Below, in pieces: positions 27,489-37,111 of a stretch of 61,011 bases of DNA; position 1 is the stretch's first letter; each line of letters opens with the position of its first letter. The notes beneath the pieces were generated by a model that saw only the letters and a list, made by a program, of their open reading frames with translations, did no database searches and was not told the DNA's origin. The stretch comes from Candidatus Omnitrophota bacterium (GTDB lineage Bacteria > Ratteibacteria > UBA8468 > MWAK01), in assembly GCA_043797665.1 (NCBI GenBank), contig JAZDPL010000011.1, positions 1 through 61,011 on the forward strand. Direction: 5' to 3'. A program made the translations under genes and the position numbers.

Positions 27489-28751
27489 TTATTCCTGGAT
27501 GCGGGAAATACAAGCGCCCAGGGAGTTTAATTTCCTTTCCATATTCTCGTAACCACGGTCTAAATGGTAAATGCGGCTGACAATCGTCTCACCGGATGCA
27601 GCCAAGCCAGCCAGAACCAGGGCGGCGCTTCCCCTCAAATCCGAAGCCATTACCCGTGTCCCGTTAAGCCTGTCCCTGCCCCGGATAATCGCGGTCCCTT
27701 CCTGCAGGGTTATATCCGCACCCAACCTCTTTAATTCCGCAGCGTGGATGAACCGTTCCGGAAAGACCTTTTCGGTAATTATGCTTGCCCCTTCTGCCAG
27801 CGACATTAAAGCCATAAATTGTGCCTGCAAATCGGTGGGGAAACCCGGATAGGGCAAGGTTACCACGTCCACCCCTTTTACCCTTCCGTCACTTTTAATG
27901 CTGACCTTATTTTTACCCTTCTTGATTTCACTGCCCGCCTCGGTCAGTTTGTCCAGAAGAGCGAAGAGGTGGTCCGGGACGCAACGTTGTACTTCTATCT
28001 CACCGCCGGTCAATGCCCCGGCCAGAAGATAGGTGCCGGTTTCAATCCGGTCCGGAATTATCCGGTATGTTGCCGGCTTCAATCTCTTTACCCCTTTTAT
28101 CCGGATAAGGTGACTGCCGACCCCGGAAATTTTGGCTCCCATCCGGTTAAGGAAATTCGCCAAATCAACAACCTCCGGCTCACAGGCTGCAAATTCAATC
28201 ACGGTCTCACCGGGAACCAAAACCGCGGTCATCATAAGGTTGGCGGTAGCCAGAACGCTGGAACCAAAGTTCCCGCCGAGAAATATCGCCGAACCTTTCA
28301 GACACTGCGCTTTCCCTTCAACATATCCTTCTTCCAGTTTAAATTTAATTCCTAATTTTTCCAGGCCATTGATGTGGATATCGATCGGCCGGTCGCCGAT
28401 TACACAACCACCCGGCAAAGAAATACGCGCTTTGCCGAACCGTGCCAGAAGCGGTCCTAAAAAGCAGATGGAAGCCCGCATCTGTTTCACTAATTCGTAA
28501 GGTGCGGTATACCCCTTGATATTTCCGGTATCGACGGTAATGCAACCCCTTTCCCAGGTTACCTTCGCACCCAACGCAGACAGAATCTTAAGCATGGTGC
28601 GGACATCCTGAAGCCTCGGCACTCCGCAAATCCTGCTTTTGCCTTCAGCCAACAGGGTGGCGGCTAAGATGGGAAGGCTGGCGTTCTTGGAACCGCTTGC
28701 GACGACCGTACCTTTTAAACGTTTTCCCCCGATAATTTTCAGTGCTTCCAT
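27489..28751 (-). CDS. murA: UDP-N-acetylglucosamine 1-carboxyvinyltransferase
   Basis: GSKNASLP, MRAS, LPGGCVIGDRP, PGFPTDLQ, HLDRGYE. Confidence 0.97.
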   Translation of the reverse strand: MEALKIIGGKRLKGTVVASGSKNASLPILAATLLAEGKSRICGVPRLQDVRTMLKILSALGAKVTWERGCITVDTGNIKGYTAPYELVKQMRASICFLGPLLARFGKARISLPGGCVIGDRPIDIHINGLEKLGIKFKLEEGYVEGKAQCLKGSAIFLGGNFGSSVLATANLMMTAVLVPGETVIEFAACEPEVVDLANFLNRMGAKISGVGSHLIRIKGVKRLKPATYRIIPDRIETGTYLLAGALTGGEIEVQRCVPDHLFALLDKLTEAGSEIKKGKNKVSIKSDGRVKGVDVVTLPYPGFPTDLQAQFMALMSLAEGASIITEKVFPERFIHAAELKRLGADITLQEGTAIIRGRDRLNGTRVMASDLRGSAALVLAGLAASGETIVSRIYHLDRGYENMERKLNSLGACISRIQE

Positions 28752-28761
28752 AGGACGCTTC

Positions 28762-28830
28762 GGATGTCTGGTTCCCAAAACGGAGCTACGATCTGGACAA
28801 AACTACGCAAGTTTTGCTCATCAGACATCC
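28762..28830. repeat. 69-bp unit bounded by 9-bp inverted ends GGATGTCTG/CAGACATCC
   Basis: Direct reading; internal CAAAAC/GTTTTG hairpin. Confidence 0.45.
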
Positions 28831-28839
28831 TTACTTTAA

Positions 28840-29703
28840 TCATTTTTTACAGACGACAACCCGGTCGATGCCTGCCAAGTCCTTAATTATCGCCTCCAGG
28901 ATGAACCCCCCCCTGGTGACCAGGTCAGTCACCGCTTCTTTCTGCCCATAACCAATCTCAAAGATAAGGTACCCACCCTTGACCAGTATCCGGTAGCCCC
29001 CGGAAATCAGGGAACGAATAAATCTTAAGCCGTCCGGTCCACCGAACAGGGCTCCTTTCGGCTCCCGCTTTACTTCTTCCGGCAGTCTCTCCATCTCGCT
29101 AACCGGAATATAAGGGGGGTTGGAAATGACCATCCCAAACTTCCTTTTGGTTCTAACCACAAAAAACAGGAATCCTGCCCCGGCTAACTTAACCTGCCGG
29201 GGACTTAGACCCAACCTTTTCCTGTTTTCTTCAGCCAGCATAATCGCCGGTTTGCTTTTATCCAACAGGGTCACCTCTACATCAGGGGCTGTCGCAGAAA
29301 ACCGGGCAAGGGTTAAGCCGATTGCACCGCACCCGGTCCCTACATCTAAAACTTTTGTTCCCCCCGTTATTCTTTGCAAAGCCTCTCTCACTAAAAATTC
29401 GGTTTCCGGCCGGGGAATAAAAACACCCTTTCTGATTTGAAATGAAAGCCGGGAAAAACTCACCTCACCGGTTATGTACTGTATTGGCTCTCTCTTGCCG
29501 CGCCGGAACAAAAACCTTTGAAAAAGTTTTACCTGCTGAACGGATACTCTGTCTTGCAGATGCAGATAGAGATTCGGCCGTTCGATATTCAGAACATGAG
29601 CCAGCAGGATTTCCGCGTTCAGGCGTGGTTCGGCAACCCCTCTATCTCTTAAAAAATCACGCCCCCGACTTAAGAAATCAGCCAGGGTACCCGCGGGCAT
29701 CAT
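28840..29703 (-). CDS. prmC: Release factor glutamine methyltransferase
   Basis: EPIQYITG, FIPRPETE, DVGTGCG, SNPPY, EIGYGQ. Confidence 0.95.
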   Translation of the reverse strand: MMPAGTLADFLSRGRDFLRDRGVAEPRLNAEILLAHVLNIERPNLYLHLQDRVSVQQVKLFQRFLFRRGKREPIQYITGEVSFSRLSFQIRKGVFIPRPETEFLVREALQRITGGTKVLDVGTGCGAIGLTLARFSATAPDVEVTLLDKSKPAIMLAEENRKRLGLSPRQVKLAGAGFLFFVVRTKRKFGMVISNPPYIPVSEMERLPEEVKREPKGALFGGPDGLRFIRSLISGGYRILVKGGYLIFEIGYGQKEAVTDLVTRGGFILEAIIKDLAGIDRVVVCKK

Positions 29704-29718
29704 AAATGCCGCCCCTAC
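29694..29718 (-). repeat. Degenerate GTAG REP carrying the upstream stop and the prmC start
   Basis: Minus strand GTAGGGGCGGCATTTATGATGCCC. Confidence 0.7.
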
Positions 29719-29978
29719 ATTTTACTGTTCGGACGGGTATTGGTTTCAATATCCAGAATCACCAGAATCAACTGGCTGATGGTGTAAAGATAGATAAACC
29801 CGAATACCCCGTAAAGTACGGAAACCAGACAGAGAATTCCACCCGCTTCCGGTTTGCGAAAGACCAATCCGATGCCTACCAGAAGACCCGCACCGCAAAG
29901 TCCGACTATTACCCAGGCAAGAATGCGTATCACCTCAGATATCTTTTGCAGCCCTTGATACTTCCCCTCTCCTTCCAT
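29715..29978 (-). CDS. Small two-TM membrane protein
   Basis: GGAGG SD; two hydrophobic helices; C-terminal LDIETNTR. Confidence 0.75.
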   Translation of the reverse strand: MEGEGKYQGLQKISEVIRILAWVIVGLCGAGLLVGIGLVFRKPEAGGILCLVSVLYGVFGFIYLYTISQLILVILDIETNTRPNSKM

Positions 29979-30037
29979 CTTCCCTCCCTCCCTTTATTAA
30001 TCCACAAATCAAAGTGCAAAAATCAAAATGACCGTTT

Positions 30038-30100
30038 TGTCATCCTGAGCCCCAGCGAAGGATCTCGAGATTCTTCGGGGCTTTGCCCCTCAGAATGACA
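30038..30100. repeat. Family-2 inverted pair
   Basis: TGTCATCCTGAG...CGAAGGATCTCGAGATTCTTCG...CTCAGAATGACA. Confidence 0.85.
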
Positions 30101-30107
30101 GTAACTG

Positions 30108-31148
30108 TCATTCTGGACTGAGACCGGCTTTTAATGCCTGGATGGTCGGGTCAATGCCTCCATCCAGAATCTCTTTCAGGTTATAACTGGTGAAATTAAC
30201 CCGGTGGTCGGTCAAACGGTTCTGGGGAAAATTGTACGTCCGAATCTTTTCGCTTCGGTCCCCGGTCTTTATCTTTGACCGGCGCTCGGCAGAAAGCGCT
30301 TCTTCTTTTTTCTGCCTCTCCTGTTCTGCCAGCCGTGCCGCCAGAACCTTCAGGGCGCGTTCTTTATTCTGAATCTGACTGCGTTCATCCTGACAGGAAA
30401 CTATCAATCCGGTGGGTAAGTGGGTAACCCGGACCGCCGAGTAAGTGGTATTGACTGACTGCCCGCCGTGACCGGAAGAACAGAAGGTGTCAATCCTTAT
30501 ATCCTTCGGGTCGATTTTGACCTCCTGGATGTGAACCTCCGGAAATACCGCTACCGTGGCGGCGGAAGTATGTGTCCGGCCGCTGGATTCGGTCTCCGGA
30601 ACTCGTTGTACCCGGTGCACCCCGCTTTCATACTTCAAAAAACCGTACGCTCCTTTACCTTTAACCAGGAAGATGATGGATTTTACCCCGTTCTTTTCGG
30701 TAAAGTTGCTGTCAAAGACCTCCATCTTAAAACCATGCTTCTCGGCAAACCGGCTGTACATCCGGAAGATATCCCGGGCGAAAAGAGCCGCCTCCTCACC
30801 CCCGGTACCGGCCCGAATCTCAACGATGGCGTTCCGGACATCGTCAGGGTCTTCTCTGATTAAAGAATTTTTCAACTCTTCTTCTAATCTTGCCTCTTCG
30901 GTACGGAGCCTGCCTATCTCCTCCTGCGCTAACAGAACCAACTGGACGTCATCCTCATTCTTAGCCAGTTCCCCTGCTTCCCCTAACTCCTGTTTTACTC
31001 TTGCCAGATGCCGGCTGACCGGAAGAATCTCGCTTATCTTTTTTAATTCCGCCAGGACCTTTTCCCGGTCCGCGTTCGCCAAAGACTCCGGCTGACTCAG
31101 CTGAAGACTCAAAGACTGAAAACGTTCTTCCAGTTCCTCAAGTCGCAC
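30108..31148 (-). CDS. prfA: Peptide chain release factor 1 (GTG start inferred)
   Basis: [21 protein letters not shown] (PxT), [17 protein letters not shown]. Confidence 0.95.
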   Translation of the reverse strand: MRLEELEERFQSLSLQLSQPESLANADREKVLAELKKISEILPVSRHLARVKQELGEAGELAKNEDDVQLVLLAQEEIGRLRTEEARLEEELKNSLIREDPDDVRNAIVEIRAGTGGEEAALFARDIFRMYSRFAEKHGFKMEVFDSNFTEKNGVKSIIFLVKGKGAYGFLKYESGVHRVQRVPETESSGRTHTSAATVAVFPEVHIQEVKIDPKDIRIDTFCSSGHGGQSVNTTYSAVRVTHLPTGLIVSCQDERSQIQNKERALKVLAARLAEQERQKKEEALSAERRSKIKTGDRSEKIRTYNFPQNRLTDHRVNFTSYNLKEILDGGIDPTIQALKAGLSPE

Positions 31149-31149
31149 C

Positions 31150-31295
31150 TTGCTTCGCTCGGAGCTTCCCAAAGGGGGTTTACACCCCCCAACCAAGGGT
31201 TGGGGTCCCCGCCTATGGCGGTCGCTTCGCTCCCTGTTACCCTCTCTACTGAGCAAGGGGGTTATTCGCCACCCCCTTGGCAATCCCCCCTTGAA
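31150..31295. repeat. Cluster of GC-rich hairpins between rpmE and prfA
   Basis: GGGGGT/ACCCCC, CCGCC/GGCGG and CAAGGGGGT/ACCCCCTTG stems; GCTTCGCTC occurs twice. Confidence 0.55.
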
Positions 31296-31322
31296 CCTAC
31301 TAAAATATAAATTCCTGTAGGT

Positions 31323-31535
31323 TCAAGTCTTAACGGATTTCTTTTCATAACGTTGCCGGTACTTCTCTACCCGGCCGGCGGTATCCACAAACTTTGACTT
31401 CCCGGTGAAGAACGGGTGGCAGGCAGCACAAATTTCCACATGGATATCTTTCTTCGTTGACCCGACCTCCACTGCATTACCGCAGGCGCAGGCTATCTTT
31501 GTCTGATAATAAGCGGGATGAATCTTTTCTTTCAT
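31323..31535 (-). CDS. rpmE: 50S ribosomal protein L31, Zn-binding type
   Basis: [25 protein letters not shown]. Confidence 0.97.
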   Translation of the reverse strand: MKEKIHPAYYQTKIACACGNAVEVGSTKKDIHVEICAACHPFFTGKSKFVDTAGRVEKYRQRYEKKSVKT

Positions 31536-31547
31536 TTCTCCTCCAAG

Positions 31548-31874
31548 GGGGTTATCGCAGAATAAAATTGACTATTTGGAGTCCCGGATTTAAGGTCAGT
31601 GCAAGGCGCGACACGGGTCCCCTTGTCATAGGATTGACAAGGGAGGTTGCTGTGCCCACTGTGGCACATAACCGAGAAGCAACGCTGCAATGACCCAAAG
31701 ATGGGACCCCTACCTTGATGGTAGGGAACCCGTCCCAAAGGGCCAGGGTTCTTTTGGGCTACGACTGCGTCGCTCATCGCTTGCGTAGCGCTGTGGCTAC
31801 GCAATCTTCTTCGCTCCTTGTCTCGTTCCAAAATCACCTCTGGCAAATAGTTAATTTTATTCTGCGACAACCCC
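31548..31874. mobile_element. 327-bp non-autonomous MITE with 31-bp terminal inverted repeats
   Basis: GGGGTTATCGCAGAATAAAATTGACTATTTG (31548-31578) versus 31844-31874, 2 mismatches; no transposase; hairpin-rich interior. Confidence 0.85.
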
Positions 31875-32419
31875 TAATCTAAATCGGCCCGGCTGACCGG
31901 CTTTTCTACTTCGGTCAGACCTTCGCCGCTAAAGTACTTAATCGGCTGGCCATTAATCAGAAAACTTACCCGTTCGATTCCCGGAAACTGGGTGGCGGTA
32001 TAAACAATCTGACGCAGTCTGGCTTCCATCATTGAGGTTCCCCCACCCTCTTCAATCTGAGGCGAAAAGTCCAAAAACGCCGTATCTCCCTCTATGCGAA
32101 CACCTAAAAGTTCGGCACCGGATGGTAAAGCGGAATCGTACCCGGTGGTCTTTTCTGCTCTGTCTGGACCAGCCAACAAGAGGGCAACCGTAGATTTGAG
32201 TTTTTCTTCTTTGCGCCTCACCTGGAGAACCGGCCGGGTTACCGGAACAATCATCTCACCGCGGGTGAAATAAAGGGTCACATCTTCCGTAACCGGCGGG
32301 AAGAACCAAAGGTAGACAGAAACCGCCAGAGCCATCAGAAGGATTATCAGAATTACCTCTTCCGCTCTCTTTTTACTTACCCGTATCTTTTGGGTGATTC
32401 TGAATTTTAAAAACTTCAT
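31874..32419 (-). CDS. GerMN-domain membrane-anchored protein
   Basis: TM, LLAGP, TAFLDFS, GG.SMMEARLRQIVYTATQF, V.FLING. Confidence 0.88.
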   Translation of the reverse strand: MKFLKFRITQKIRVSKKRAEEVILIILLMALAVSVYLWFFPPVTEDVTLYFTRGEMIVPVTRPVLQVRRKEEKLKSTVALLLAGPDRAEKTTGYDSALPSGAELLGVRIEGDTAFLDFSPQIEEGGGTSMMEARLRQIVYTATQFPGIERVSFLINGQPIKYFSGEGLTEVEKPVSRADLD

Positions 32420-32425
32420 GATTGC

Positions 32426-32475
32426 GTAGGGGTTTGATTTATCAAACCCGCGGGTCGGATGAATCCGACCCCTAC
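32426..32475. repeat. GTAG-type REP inverted doublet supplying the pckG stop
   Basis: GTAGGGGTTTGATTTATCAAACCC-GC-GGGTCGGATGAATCCGACCCCTAC. Confidence 0.92.
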
Positions 32476-34241
32476 AGGCTTGCTTTCAATTTATTCAGTT
32501 CATCCCGGATCTCGGCCGGCAGACGGTCCCCGAACTGCTCCAGGAAATTCTGCGCATCCGCAAGTTCGGTCTGCCACTCTTCCGGATTCACTTCCAGAAG
32601 TTTCTTCAGGTTTGTTTCGGAAATGGTGAGACCGGAAAGATCCAGGTCCTGAAAATTCGGAACAAATCCGACCGGTGTCTCCCTGGCGCCGGAGGAGGAA
32701 CCGGCGACGCGTTCAATAATCCACTTCAGAACCCGGATATTCTCACGAAAGCCGGGCCACAAAAATGCACCGGAATCGTCGGTCCGGAACCAGTTGACCG
32801 AAAATATCCTGGGCGGAAGGGAAATCTTTTTGCCCATCTCCAGCCAGTGCCGGAAATAATCGGCCATGTTGTAACCACAGAACGGCAGCATCGCCATCGG
32901 GTCCCGGCGCAAAACCCCTACCTGGTGAATAGCGGCTGCGGTCGTCTCGGAGCCCATCCGGGCACCCAGGAATACCCCGTGCTGCCAGCTGAAACTCTCC
33001 AGAACCAGAGGAACAGTTTTACTTCTCCGGCCTCCGAAAATAATTGCGGAAATCGGCACACCCCGGGGATTATCAAATTCCGGCGACAGGGTTGGGCACT
33101 GCTTTGCCGCCACGGTAAAACGGCTGTTGGGATGCGCCGCGGGAGATTTTGAATCGCTCTGCCACTGTTTTCCCTGCCAGTCCAAAAGATTATCGGGTAC
33201 CGGACCATCCATCCCTTCCCACCAAGGTTCATTGGTCCGGGTATTCAAAGCGGTATTCGTAAAAAGGGTGGGATAAAAAGTGCCGGCTTTCAGGGTAACC
33301 ATCATATTGGGATTGGTCTTAATGGAGGTCCCCGGTGCCACGCCAAAGAAACCTGATTCGGGATTTAAGGCATAGAGCCGGCCGCCCGGACCGATATGGA
33401 GCCAGGCGATATCATCACCCAGAGTCCAGATACGGTATCCGGGCAGGGTTGATTCCAACATCGCCAGATTTGTCTTACCGCAGGCAGAAGGAAGTGCCGC
33501 CGCGATATAAGTTACTTTGCCTTGGGGGTCTTCAATCCCGATAATCAGCATATGCTCAGCCAACCAGCCTTCCTTCAGCCCCAAACAGGAAGCGATTCTA
33601 AGGGAAAAACATTTTTTACCTAAAAGGGCATTCCCGCCGTATCCTGAACCCACGCTCCACACCAGATTTTCTTCAGGAAAGTGCATAATGAACCGCCGGT
33701 CAGGGTCAAGGTCACCTACTGAATGTAACCCCTTTACAAAATTTTCAGAGTTACCGATTTTAGTCATAACTCCTTTACCCATCCGGGTCATAATATACAT
33801 ACTGACCGCTACGTAAGAAACATCGGTCAGTTGAACGCAGGCTTTGGCGTAAGGAGAATCCGGATGGCCCATCATATAGGGCAAAACGTACATCGTCCGG
33901 CCTTCCATACATCCTTCGGAAATCCGGCGCATACTCTCTTTCGCCTCAGCCGGCTCCATCCAGTTGTTGTTCGGACCGGCGGTTTCCCGGTCCGGATGGC
34001 AGACGTAAGTAAGATGTTCGGTGCGTGCCACGTCGGTGGGATGGCTGCGGTGGAGATACGCGTTGGGGAAGGTCTTGTGGTTCAATCCGGAGAATACCCT
34101 GTGGTCACCGATGGACTCTTCCTTCAGTCCTATCTCTACAATCCGGTGCATCTCCTCATCAGAACCGTCACACCACCAGACCCGGGCCGGCCGGGTCAGA
34201 CGTACCTGTTCCTCAACCCACTTTTCTATTGGTGTCGCCAT
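32472..34241 (-). CDS. pckG: GTP-dependent PEP carboxykinase
   Basis: GSGYGGNALLGKKCF, PSACGKTNLAM, GDDIAW, AAHPNSRF, DPMAMLPFCGY. Confidence 0.96.
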   Translation of the reverse strand: MATPIEKWVEEQVRLTRPARVWWCDGSDEEMHRIVEIGLKEESIGDHRVFSGLNHKTFPNAYLHRSHPTDVARTEHLTYVCHPDRETAGPNNNWMEPAEAKESMRRISEGCMEGRTMYVLPYMMGHPDSPYAKACVQLTDVSYVAVSMYIMTRMGKGVMTKIGNSENFVKGLHSVGDLDPDRRFIMHFPEENLVWSVGSGYGGNALLGKKCFSLRIASCLGLKEGWLAEHMLIIGIEDPQGKVTYIAAALPSACGKTNLAMLESTLPGYRIWTLGDDIAWLHIGPGGRLYALNPESGFFGVAPGTSIKTNPNMMVTLKAGTFYPTLFTNTALNTRTNEPWWEGMDGPVPDNLLDWQGKQWQSDSKSPAAHPNSRFTVAAKQCPTLSPEFDNPRGVPISAIIFGGRRSKTVPLVLESFSWQHGVFLGARMGSETTAAAIHQVGVLRRDPMAMLPFCGYNMADYFRHWLEMGKKISLPPRIFSVNWFRTDDSGAFLWPGFRENIRVLKWIIERVAGSSSGARETPVGFVPNFQDLDLSGLTISETNLKKLLEVNPEEWQTELADAQNFLEQFGDRLPAEIRDELNKLKASL

Positions 34242-34294
34242 AAAGTCGCCATAAATTATATATTTTAATATATTAAAGGGCTTTTCTGCAAGAT

Positions 34295-35305
34295 TTATAA
34301 CCTGATTTCCTTCCCTTTCTCTGCGGATTTCAACTCTTTCAAAACCAGGGCTAAAGAATTTCTGGCTTCTTCCGGTGTCACCACCGCAGGCTTCTCTTTC
34401 TTCTCCACACATTCCACAAAGTACTTAATCTCGTTGTAATACCCGCCTAAAGCGGAAATGTTACCGCCGCCTTCCGATGATTGTGGGCTATCCTGGACAA
34501 CTCCCGGGAACTCGGATTTTCCCGGAGTATAGATAGCAAAAGGTTTGGCGTGCATGCTGTTGTACTCAACCACTCCCTTTTCAAAATTGGCGACAAATGC
34601 CATCCGGAAAGGAAACGTATCCACGAAGTCCCAGCCGCCTTCTGCGGTAACCACCAGGTCCGGATATTTAAAGGAAGTCATAATGTGCCAGTAACCTTCG
34701 TCAACCTTACGACCCACCGAGTAGAGGCTCCTGGGCCGGCCCAAAAGATACTGAAGGTAATCGGTATCGTGGATGTGCAGGTCAATTAAGGCGCCGCCGC
34801 TTTTCTGGGAAGTCCCCAACCAGTTTTCCCAGCTCCAGGTCGGCGTCGGAGAAAGCCGGGTGAGGTGAAGGGAAACGAGCCTTCCCAGCTCACCCTTCCG
34901 GTAAATCTCCTTCAGCCTGACATATTCCGGCCAGAAACGGATGACCTGGGCAACCATAAAGATAACCCCCTGCTTATCGGCCGCCTCAACCATCTTATCC
35001 GCATCCTTAACCGTCAAAGCGATGGGTTTTTCGCAAAGGACGTGTTTGCCGGCTTTCGCCGCCTTGACCACCCATTTTTTATGAAGAAAGGTAGGCAAAC
35101 AGATATCAACCGCATCCACTTCGGAATTCTTCAGCAGATTACCCGCATTCTCGTAAGCAATGCATCCAAACTTATCTGCCAATTCTGCCGCTTTCTCTTT
35201 TCGGCAATCCGCGATACCAGATAACTTCACTCCGGGAAGAAGAGCGTAACACTGAGTATGCATACCTCCCATAAAACCTGCTCCGATAACACCTACTCTA
35301 ACCAT
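34295..35305 (-). CDS. Gfo/Idh/MocA family oxidoreductase
   Basis: GVIGAGFMG, CEKP, SGGALIDLHIHD. Confidence 0.92.
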   Translation of the reverse strand: MVRVGVIGAGFMGGMHTQCYALLPGVKLSGIADCRKEKAAELADKFGCIAYENAGNLLKNSEVDAVDICLPTFLHKKWVVKAAKAGKHVLCEKPIALTVKDADKMVEAADKQGVIFMVAQVIRFWPEYVRLKEIYRKGELGRLVSLHLTRLSPTPTWSWENWLGTSQKSGGALIDLHIHDTDYLQYLLGRPRSLYSVGRKVDEGYWHIMTSFKYPDLVVTAEGGWDFVDTFPFRMAFVANFEKGVVEYNSMHAKPFAIYTPGKSEFPGVVQDSPQSSEGGGNISALGGYYNEIKYFVECVEKKEKPAVVTPEEARNSLALVLKELKSAEKGKEIRL

Positions 35306-35341
35306 AACACCTCCGTATTTTTAAATGCAAACAATTTAAAC

Positions 35342-35391
35342 GTAGGGGTCGGATTCATCCGACCCGCGGGCTTGATAAATCAAGCCCCTAC
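35342..35391. repeat. GTAG-type REP inverted doublet overlapping the pyrG 3' end
   Basis: GTAGGGGTCGGATTCATCCGACCC-GC-GGGCTTGATAAATCAAGCCCCTAC. Confidence 0.92.
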
Positions 35392-37020
35392 AGTTTTATG
35401 ATGTAAATTTACCCCTTCGCCTCCCCGGTGCTTTACGCAAGCGGAAATAAATGCGGTAAGGAACGGATGGGGAGAGGAAAGCCGGGACTGAAATTCCGGG
35501 TGGAACTGAGTGGCAACGAAGAACGGGTGGTCTTTCAGTTCCACAATTTCAACCAGGCGTTTATCCGGGGAAAGCCCCACCGGCAAAAGTCCTTTTTTGG
35601 TAATTTCCCCTGCAAAGTCCGGATTGACCTCAAAACGGTGGCGATGGCGCTCAGCCACCCTCTTTTTACCGTACACCCGACGACCAATACTGCCGGCAGA
35701 AAGAACGCAGGGGTAACTACCCAAGCGCATTGTCCCGCCTAAGTCGGTCACCCCTTGTTGAGAAGACAAAAGAGAAATTACCGGATAAGGCGTTTGGGGA
35801 TTGAATTCGGTACTGTGGGCTTCTTTCCAGCCGCAGACGTTCCGGCCAAATTCTATAACCGATAATTGTAGTCCCAAACAGATTCCGAAAAAGGGAATCT
35901 TATTCTCACGGGCATAACGGATAGCCTTCATCATACCTTCTACGCCCCGAGTCCCAAAACCGCCCGGGATTAAAATTCCGGCCACGTCTTTCAGTACCTT
36001 CGCCGGCTCTTCCCCTCTCTCTAATATTTCTGCATCCACCTTGCGAATTCTAACACAGGTACGATTCGCCATTCCGGCGTGGTAAAGGGCTTCGTCCAAA
36101 GATTTATATGAGTCCTGGAGTTTGACGTACTTACCCACCATGGCAATCTCACAGGTATCCGTGGACTGACGCAAAAGGTTGACCTGTGCCTCCCATTTTT
36201 GGAGCCGGGAAGGCCGGGGCCTCAAATGGAGAGTGTGCAGAATAACCGTATCTAATTTCTCCCGGTGGAGAAGCAGGGGAATGCTATATATACAATCCGT
36301 ATCCAACGCTTCCACCACCGCTTCAGGGGAAACACTGCAGTAGAGACCAATCTTGTCCCGGATCTCCGCAGTAAGCGGTCTTTCGGTACGGCAGAGAATG
36401 ACATCGGGCTGAATACCGATCTCCCTCAGGCGCTCTACCGAATGCTGGGTCGGCTTGGTCTTCAGTTCCGCCGCGGCCCGCACGAACGGGACATAGGTAA
36501 GATGGACGTAGCAGGTATTCTCCGGACCCACATCCTGCCGGAACTGACGAATCGCTTCCAAAAAGGGCATGCTCTCAATGTCACCCACGGTCCCGCCGAT
36601 TTCGGTAATCACAATCTCGATACTCCGTGTGGCAACCTGCTTCACCCGGCGTTTTATCTCGTCGGTAACGTGCGGGACCACCTGAACGGTACGGCCCAGA
36701 AAGTCTCCCCGGCGTTCCCTCTCCAGCACCGCATGGTAAATCTGACCGGCCGTGGTATTGTTCAGCCGGGAAAGGGTAAGAGAAGTAAACCTTTCGTAAT
36801 GACCCAGGTCCAAATCGGTCTCCGCACCATCCTTGGTAACAAAAACCTCACCGTGCTGGTAGGGAGTAAGCGTTCCCGGGTCAACGTTCAGGTAAGGGTC
36901 AAACTTCTGAATCGTCACCTTATACCCCCGGGCTTCCAGAAGTGTTCCGAGAGAAGCAGAAGCCACACCCTTGCCCAGAGAAGAGAGCACACCACCGGTA
37001 ACAAAAATATACTTGGTCAT
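35380..37020 (-). CDS. pyrG: CTP synthase
   Basis: FVTGGVLSSLGKG, KTKPTQHSV, GICLG, QFHPE. Confidence 0.98.
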   Translation of the reverse strand: MTKYIFVTGGVLSSLGKGVASASLGTLLEARGYKVTIQKFDPYLNVDPGTLTPYQHGEVFVTKDGAETDLDLGHYERFTSLTLSRLNNTTAGQIYHAVLERERRGDFLGRTVQVVPHVTDEIKRRVKQVATRSIEIVITEIGGTVGDIESMPFLEAIRQFRQDVGPENTCYVHLTYVPFVRAAAELKTKPTQHSVERLREIGIQPDVILCRTERPLTAEIRDKIGLYCSVSPEAVVEALDTDCIYSIPLLLHREKLDTVILHTLHLRPRPSRLQKWEAQVNLLRQSTDTCEIAMVGKYVKLQDSYKSLDEALYHAGMANRTCVRIRKVDAEILERGEEPAKVLKDVAGILIPGGFGTRGVEGMMKAIRYARENKIPFFGICLGLQLSVIEFGRNVCGWKEAHSTEFNPQTPYPVISLLSSQQGVTDLGGTMRLGSYPCVLSAGSIGRRVYGKKRVAERHRHRFEVNPDFAGEITKKGLLPVGLSPDKRLVEIVELKDHPFFVATQFHPEFQSRLSSPHPFLTAFISACVKHRGGEGVNLHHKTVGA

Positions 37021-37045
37021 TTCAGCCCTCCCCAATAATTTTGCC

Positions 37046-37095
37046 GTAGGGGTCGGATTTATCCGACCCGCGGGTTTGATAAATCAAACCCCTAC
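37046..37095. repeat. GTAG-type REP inverted doublet
   Basis: GTAGGGGTCGGATTTATCCGACCC-GC-GGGTTTGATAAATCAAACCCCTAC. Confidence 0.92.
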
Positions 37096-37111
37096 AAATA
37101 TTGATGGCAAT

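Noticed and set aside
30005..30032. CAAA-rich short periodic tract
   Set aside because: Too short and degenerate to call
31149..31283. N-terminal extension of RF1; similar extensions in gatA, murA, pckG, the isomerase and the zinc-ribbon ORF
   Set aside because: Readthrough of upstream repeats or neighbouring genes; better downstream starts exist
31532..31870. 112-aa ORF as a gene
   Set aside because: Lies almost wholly within the MITE, starts in its TIR and has no recognisable motifs
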